DNA of 62,581 nucleotides, the filler included. It is 4 parts of 4 records of this genome, joined end to end, with 100 filler letters (N's around TTAATTAATTAA, not from the genome) between each part and the next. Parts side by side here need not be neighbours in the genome. Positions count along the whole stretch, not along the records: positions 43,773 to 57,459 come from SRR20825019_1516; positions 57,560 to 62,581 come from SRR20825019_1530; 2 more parts are not named here. The stretch is one strand, 5' to 3'. This document shows, piece after piece, positions 57,194-62,581 of the stretch. The notes beneath the pieces are model-generated. The model was not told the DNA's origin. It made no database searches and was given only the letters and a program-made list of their open reading frames with translations. The first letter of the stretch is position 1; every line of letters begins with the position of its first letter. The position numbers were made by a program, and so were the translations under genes.

Positions 57194-57459
57194 TCAATGC
57201 AAAACTAATGCGCGAGCAGCATAGGTGTCAATAGGGTTCTGTAAACGCTTCTTAAATCTATTTAGTGTTGTATATATACCACCATCAAGAGGGCTGGCGA
57301 CAATGTTCCCTGATGTGTACTCATAGCGGCTGGCTCCCTGACAAAATACAAGAGTTGGTACTGCTGCGCAATGATTCGCTTCAGTGTTCAGGAAACACAC
57401 GCACTGCAAAAAAGCGTGCGTTTGATGTTCCGTTTGCGATTGGATGGACAAACTCAAAC

Positions 57460-57559
57460 NNNNNNNNNNNNNNNNNNNNNNNNNNNNNNNNNNNNNNNNN
57501 NNNTTAATTAATTAANNNNNNNNNNNNNNNNNNNNNNNNNNNNNNNNNNNNNNNNNNNN
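57460..57559. other. Artificial contig spacer
   Basis: N44-TTAATTAATTAA-N44. Confidence 0.98.
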
Positions 57560-58769
57560 CGGCGGCACGGTCGGCGATATCGAGGGTCTACCGTTCTTCG
57601 AGGCCATCCGTCAGCTTGGCAATGAATTGCCTCGCAATCACGCAGCCTATCTGCATCTGACCCTGATGCCTTATATCCCCTCGGCCGGTGAACTGAAGAC
57701 CAAACCGACCCAGCACTCGGTCAAGGAGCTGCGCTCAATCGGCATCGCACCGGACGTCTTGCTGGTGCGCTGTGACCGCCCGATCCCGGAAGGCGAGAAG
57801 AAGAAGCTTTCGCTGTTCTGTAACGTGCGCGAAACCGCCGTGATCCAGGGCCTCGATGTCGGCTCGATCTATGACGTGCCCGTCGCCTACCACAATGAAG
57901 GTCTCGACCGGGAAATCCTGGCGGCGCTCGGCATAACCGATGCGCCCGAGCCCGATATGACCTCCTGGGAAGAGGTATCCCGCCGCTATCACAACCCCGA
58001 AGGCGAAGTGAACATCGCTATCGTGGGCAAATATACCGGCCTCAAGGACGCCTATAAATCGCTCTCCGAAGCGCTCACCCATGGCGGCATCGCCAACAAG
58101 GTGAAGGTCAACCTGCAGTGGATCGATTCGGAAGTCTTCGAGCGTGACGATCCGGCACCCTATCTCGAACATGTGCACGGCATCATGGTGCCTGGCGGCT
58201 TCGGTGAACGCGGCTCCGCCGGCAAGATCGAGGCAGCCCGCTTTGCCCGCACCAAGGACGTGCCCTATTTCGGCATCTGTTTTGGCATGCAGATGGCCTG
58301 TATCGAAGCTGCGCGGAACACTGCCGGCATCAAGAATGCCTCCTCCACCGAATTCGGCCCCACCAAGGAGCCGATTGTGGGCATGATGACTGAATGGCTG
58401 AAGGGCAATGAAAAGGAAGCCCGTTCCGCCGAAGGCGATCTGGGCGGCACGCTCCGCCTTGGTGCCTATCCGGCCCAGTTGACCCGAGGCTCACGCGTTG
58501 CCGACATCTATGGCACCACCCGGATTTCCGAGCGCCATCGTCACCGCTACGAGGTGAACATGGACTATCGCAAGCGCCTCGAAGCCAATGGCCTGCTGTT
58601 CTCCGGCGTCTCGCCTGATGGGACGCTGCCTGAAATCGTCGAGCGCACCGACCACCCCTGGTTCATCGGCGTCCAGTTCCATCCCGAACTAAAATCAAAA
58701 CCCTTCGAGCCGCATCCGCTCTTCACCAGCTTCATCGCTGCCGCGATGGAGCAGAGCCGGTTGGTCTAG
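57560..58769 (+). CDS. pyrG: CTP synthase, 5'-truncated
   Basis: [45 protein letters not shown]. Confidence 0.98.
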
Positions 58770-58774
58770 GCCGG

Positions 58775-59098
58775 CTATTCCAGCGGCCACACCTCGACCA
58801 CGCCATGCGCCACGGCGCATGGCACCTTGGCCACCTTCTCGATGGCATCTTCCAGAGTGTCGGCCTCGATAATGGCAAATCCGGCAACGGGCAGGGATGC
58901 GGCCATGAAACTGCCGTCGGTGACCTGCATCGCCTTTCCCTCGGGATTACGGACCTGAACCGGCCGCCCCGCTATGCCAACCAGCGCCCCTTCCGCTTTG
59001 AGTTTCTCGTCATGGGCATGCGCCGCGTCCCGCACGGTCTGAGGTGTGCGGTCATAGCCCTGGCGGTCGCCATAGCCGATTGTCACAAATTTCGGCAT
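58775..59098 (-). CDS. YciI/YCII-family protein
   Basis: VTDGSF...VAGFAIIEA...EDAI...GVVEVWPL pattern. Confidence 0.8.
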   Translation of the reverse strand: MPKFVTIGYGDRQGYDRTPQTVRDAAHAHDEKLKAEGALVGIAGRPVQVRNPEGKAMQVTDGSFMAASLPVAGFAIIEADTLEDAIEKVAKVPCAVAHGVVEVWPLE

Positions 59099-59239
59099 GT
59101 CAGTCCTCCTGTACCCTCATAACAACTGTGGCGAACAAATCACGGTTCCGCCGCCTGCCCAATGCGCATGTGACCGTATGGGCGAATATGCTAGGAAGAG
59201 CCGCCTGGCGCACCAGGTGCCCCACATCGGAAAAACGCC

Positions 59240-59416
59240 ATGGCCGAGATCATCAACCTCCGCACCGCCCGCAAGAACAAGACCCGCGCCGAAAAGGCCG
59301 CGACGGCCGAACAGAACCGCGCCAAATTCGGCCGCACCAAGGCCGAGAAGCTCAAGGGCGCGAGCGAGAAATCACGTGCAGAAAAGCACGTTGATGGGCA
59401 CAAGCGCGAGGAGTAG
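59240..59416 (+). CDS. DUF4169-family small basic protein (58 aa, not in the ORF track)
   Basis: MAEIINLRTARK...AEQNRAKFGRTKAEK...VDGHKREE. Confidence 0.85.
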   Translation: MAEIINLRTARKNKTRAEKAATAEQNRAKFGRTKAEKLKGASEKSRAEKHVDGHKREE

Positions 59417-59449
59417 CGCGGAACCAGCGCCAATCAGGATACCAGGGCG

Positions 59450-60469
59450 CTAATCCTGGGCAGCGCTTGCTTCCTCCACACCGACCACCCCGATAATCTC
59501 CGCTAGCAGGTCATGCAGCGCGTCGCGATGGCCGTTCCCGGCGGAGGGCGAGAACTCGTCCGACGTCATCACCACGGTCAGGTCCAGCGCCGGCACGATA
59601 TAGATCATCTGTCCGCCATAGCCCCAGCCGTAGCGCACCGCTTCGCCGCCGATCTCCCGCAGGAACCAGCCATAGCCATAGCCGTCGCCGCTGAATCGGG
59701 AATTGGTCCGTTCCACCCAGGACTGCGCAATCCAGTCTTCCGAAACGATCCTTGAGCCATCCGGCGCCAGCCCACCCGTGCGAAACACCTCCCCGAAGCC
59801 CAGGAGCGAGTGTGGACTCATCGCCATCTGGTTGCCACCCAGGTAAATCCCCTGCGGATCGCGCTCCCATCCGGCAATATCAAACTCCGGGACAGCCCCG
59901 AACCAGTCCTCGGCCAGATCCAGGGTCGAACGCCCGCTCACCCGTGTCAGGATGGCCGAGAGCAGATGGCTCGAGCCTGTCGAATACTGCATCGCGCCGC
60001 CCGGATCGGTTTCGAAAGCCTGTGCAAGTGCCGAGCGCACCCAGTTGTTACTGGCCACCCAGCGGCCATAGTTCGGCCCGGATGTACGACCGAGTCCGGC
60101 CTGCATCGACAGCAAATGCCCAACCGTCACCATATCCAGTCGAGGATCCGCATCGGCAGGAAAATCATCGCTCAGGAAATCGGCAATCGGCTGGTCAACC
60201 CCTTCGATCAGTCCCTTGTCGATGGCAATACCGACCAGGGCCGACACCACGCTTTTGGAGGCCGACTTGATATTGGTCGGATCGCCCGGCGCATGGCCGT
60301 CATAGCCGCGCTCGGCCAGGATGTCGCCTTCCTGCGCCACAACCACCACTTCGAGCGGTTCAAGGGTATCGGCCGCTTCAAGAACGGCAGCGAGATCTTG
60401 CGTCTGCGCCAGGGCGGGCAAGGGTGAAAGGACGAACAGGACGGCGAGCAGGGCAGGTGATGTCTTCAT
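59450..60469 (-). CDS. Secreted serine hydrolase (beta-lactamase class C-like)
   Basis: Signal peptide; SASK (SxxK), HLLSMQAGL, YST and GYGGQ motifs. Confidence 0.9.
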   Translation of the reverse strand: MKTSPALLAVLFVLSPLPALAQTQDLAAVLEAADTLEPLEVVVVAQEGDILAERGYDGHAPGDPTNIKSASKSVVSALVGIAIDKGLIEGVDQPIADFLSDDFPADADPRLDMVTVGHLLSMQAGLGRTSGPNYGRWVASNNWVRSALAQAFETDPGGAMQYSTGSSHLLSAILTRVSGRSTLDLAEDWFGAVPEFDIAGWERDPQGIYLGGNQMAMSPHSLLGFGEVFRTGGLAPDGSRIVSEDWIAQSWVERTNSRFSGDGYGYGWFLREIGGEAVRYGWGYGGQMIYIVPALDLTVVMTSDEFSPSAGNGHRDALHDLLAEIIGVVGVEEASAAQD

Positions 60470-60544
60470 GTCCCATGCTTCGCGGCCACTTGCGGCGAAA
60501 ACATGTGGAGGCGGTGCCTTGCGCCTCCACAGTTTCGTGATCGA

Positions 60545-60976
60545 CTACCAGTCCACCTGGCAGACCGCCCCGTCCGGCCCGAACTGCATGCTGTCCGGTG
60601 TGTACTGAAAGATCTCGATCTTCACCCCGCTCGGATCGGCCAGCCAGCATTGCCAGGTATGGTCGACACCCAGTTTTTTGTCGGTCACCGCAAGGCCCTT
60701 GGCCCTGGCATTGGCCATGAACCCATCGATATCGTCGGTCTCAAAGCAGATATGGTTGATCTGGTTGCTTTCCTCGAACCGGCTCTCGCCCTTCTTGAAC
60801 ACCTCGACAAAGGTGCGATTGCCGAAATCCAGATAGAAGCCGATCCGCTCGTCGCCGCGCTTGAAGTCGAACTTGGGTGCCACGCCCATCGCGTCACGGT
60901 AGAACGTTTCTACGGCGTCGAGGTCGCGGGCAAAAATACAGGTATGCGCCACCTGTTTGACGAGGGGGTTGGTCAA
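60545..60976 (-). CDS. VOC/glyoxalase family protein
   Basis: HTCI...FYRD, NHICFETDD, DPSGVKIE. Confidence 0.88.
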   Translation of the reverse strand: MTNPLVKQVAHTCIFARDLDAVETFYRDAMGVAPKFDFKRGDERIGFYLDFGNRTFVEVFKKGESRFEESNQINHICFETDDIDGFMANARAKGLAVTDKKLGVDHTWQCWLADPSGVKIEIFQYTPDSMQFGPDGAVCQVDW

Positions 60977-61066
60977 GGGTCTCTCCTCCGGAACGAGCGA
61001 ACTGGACAGTTCGCGCTGACATGTTAGGACAGGAAGAACACGCAGACCAGCGGGGAGGGGTCAAAA

Positions 61067-62023
61067 ATGGCGCGCATTGTTATTATTGGAGCCACGGGCC
61101 ATATCGGCACATATCTGGTGCCCCGCCTGGTGCGCGCGGGCCATGACGTGGTGGCGGTTTCGCGCGGCGCCGCGCAACCTTACCTCCCGGACACGGCCTG
61201 GAACCAAGTAGAGCGTGTCACCATCGACCGCGCCGCTGCCGAGGCAAATGGAGATTTCGGCCGGGCGATCGCCGATCTCAAGGGCGATATCGTCATCGAC
61301 AATATCTGCTTCACGCTGGAGAGCGCCCAGCAACTCGCCGAGACGCTCATCGGGAAGGTGCGCCATTTCCTCCATATCGGCACGATCTGGACCCACGGAT
61401 TTTCCGAAGTGGTCCCGACACCCGAAGACGTCACCAAGCGCCCCTTCGGCGACTATGGTGTTCAGAAGGCGGCCATTGAGGACTATCTGCTCGGCCTGGC
61501 GCGGCGCGACGATTTTCCGGTGACCATTATCCATCCGGGCCACATTGTCGGGCAGGGCTGGTCGCCGCTCAATCCCGCCGGCCACTTCGACAATGCCGCT
61601 TTCCAAACCATTGCCCGCGGCGAAACCCTGGCCCTGCCCAATTTCGGCATGGAAACGGTGCATCATATCCATGCCGATGACATTGCGATCCTCCTCATGC
61701 TGGCCATGGCCAATTGGAGTGTCTCGGTCGGGGAAGCCTTTCATGCCGTATCGCCCGGCGCCGTCACACTCCGGGGCTATGCAGAGGCCATGTATCGCTG
61801 GTTCGGCAAGGAACCAGCAGTGAGTTTCCATTCCTGGGACGACTGGAAGGCCATGCAAACGCCGGAGAACGCCGCCGCCACCTGGGAGCATGTCGCACGC
61901 AGCCCAAATGCCAGCATTGAAAAGGGCCGTCGTCTGCTGGGTTATGCGCCACGCTACACCTCGCTGGCCGCCGTGCAGGAATCGGTGTCCTGGCTGCTGG
62001 GCAACGGAAAACTTGCGCTCTAG
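61067..62023 (+). CDS. NAD-dependent epimerase/dehydratase family protein
   Basis: GATGHIG Rossmann motif; YGVQK (YxxxK); HADD. Confidence 0.9.
   Translation: MARIVIIGATGHIGTYLVPRLVRAGHDVVAVSRGAAQPYLPDTAWNQVERVTIDRAAAEANGDFGRAIADLKGDIVIDNICFTLESAQQLAETLIGKVRHFLHIGTIWTHGFSEVVPTPEDVTKRPFGDYGVQKAAIEDYLLGLARRDDFPVTIIHPGHIVGQGWSPLNPAGHFDNAAFQTIARGETLALPNFGMETVHHIHADDIAILLMLAMANWSVSVGEAFHAVSPGAVTLRGYAEAMYRWFGKEPAVSFHSWDDWKAMQTPENAAATWEHVARSPNASIEKGRRLLGYAPRYTSLAAVQESVSWLLGNGKLAL

Positions 62024-62581
<558 letters not shown>

Overview
This window is not one continuous genome. It is four contigs joined by 100-nt artificial spacers (N44-TTAATTAATTAA-N44 at 25583-25682, 43673-43772, 57460-57559). Contigs 1 (1-25582) and 3 (43773-57459) are compact eukaryotic DNA with short (about 45-65 nt) GT-AG introns carrying CTRAY branch points. 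Their genes alternate strand and pair head-to-head around very GC/CpG-rich islands. Contig 1 encodes flagellar markers (SPEF1, a dynein LC4-like EF-hand protein), an apparently inactive 5'-nucleotidase and a large DPF/IQ/coiled-coil protein. Contig 3 encodes an ankyrin protein and the most striking feature: a spliced gene for a predicted 3,562-aa type I membrane protein. It combines an intact subtilisin, furin-like Cys repeats, about 11 FN3 repeats, an intact metzincin-like module plus a degenerate duplicate, and a juxtamembrane HFS autoproteolysis-like motif. Contigs 2 (25683-43672) and 4 (57560-62581) are alphaproteobacterial (Hyphomicrobiales, Devosia-like by my recognition only). They carry glyA-nrdR-ribH-nusB without ribD/ribE, bamE-plsX-fabH-ihfA, a myo-inositol catabolic cluster with IolR operators, an FMN-riboswitch-controlled RibN-type transporter, and pyrG...eno. 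All calls come from reading the sequence by eye; no searches were run.
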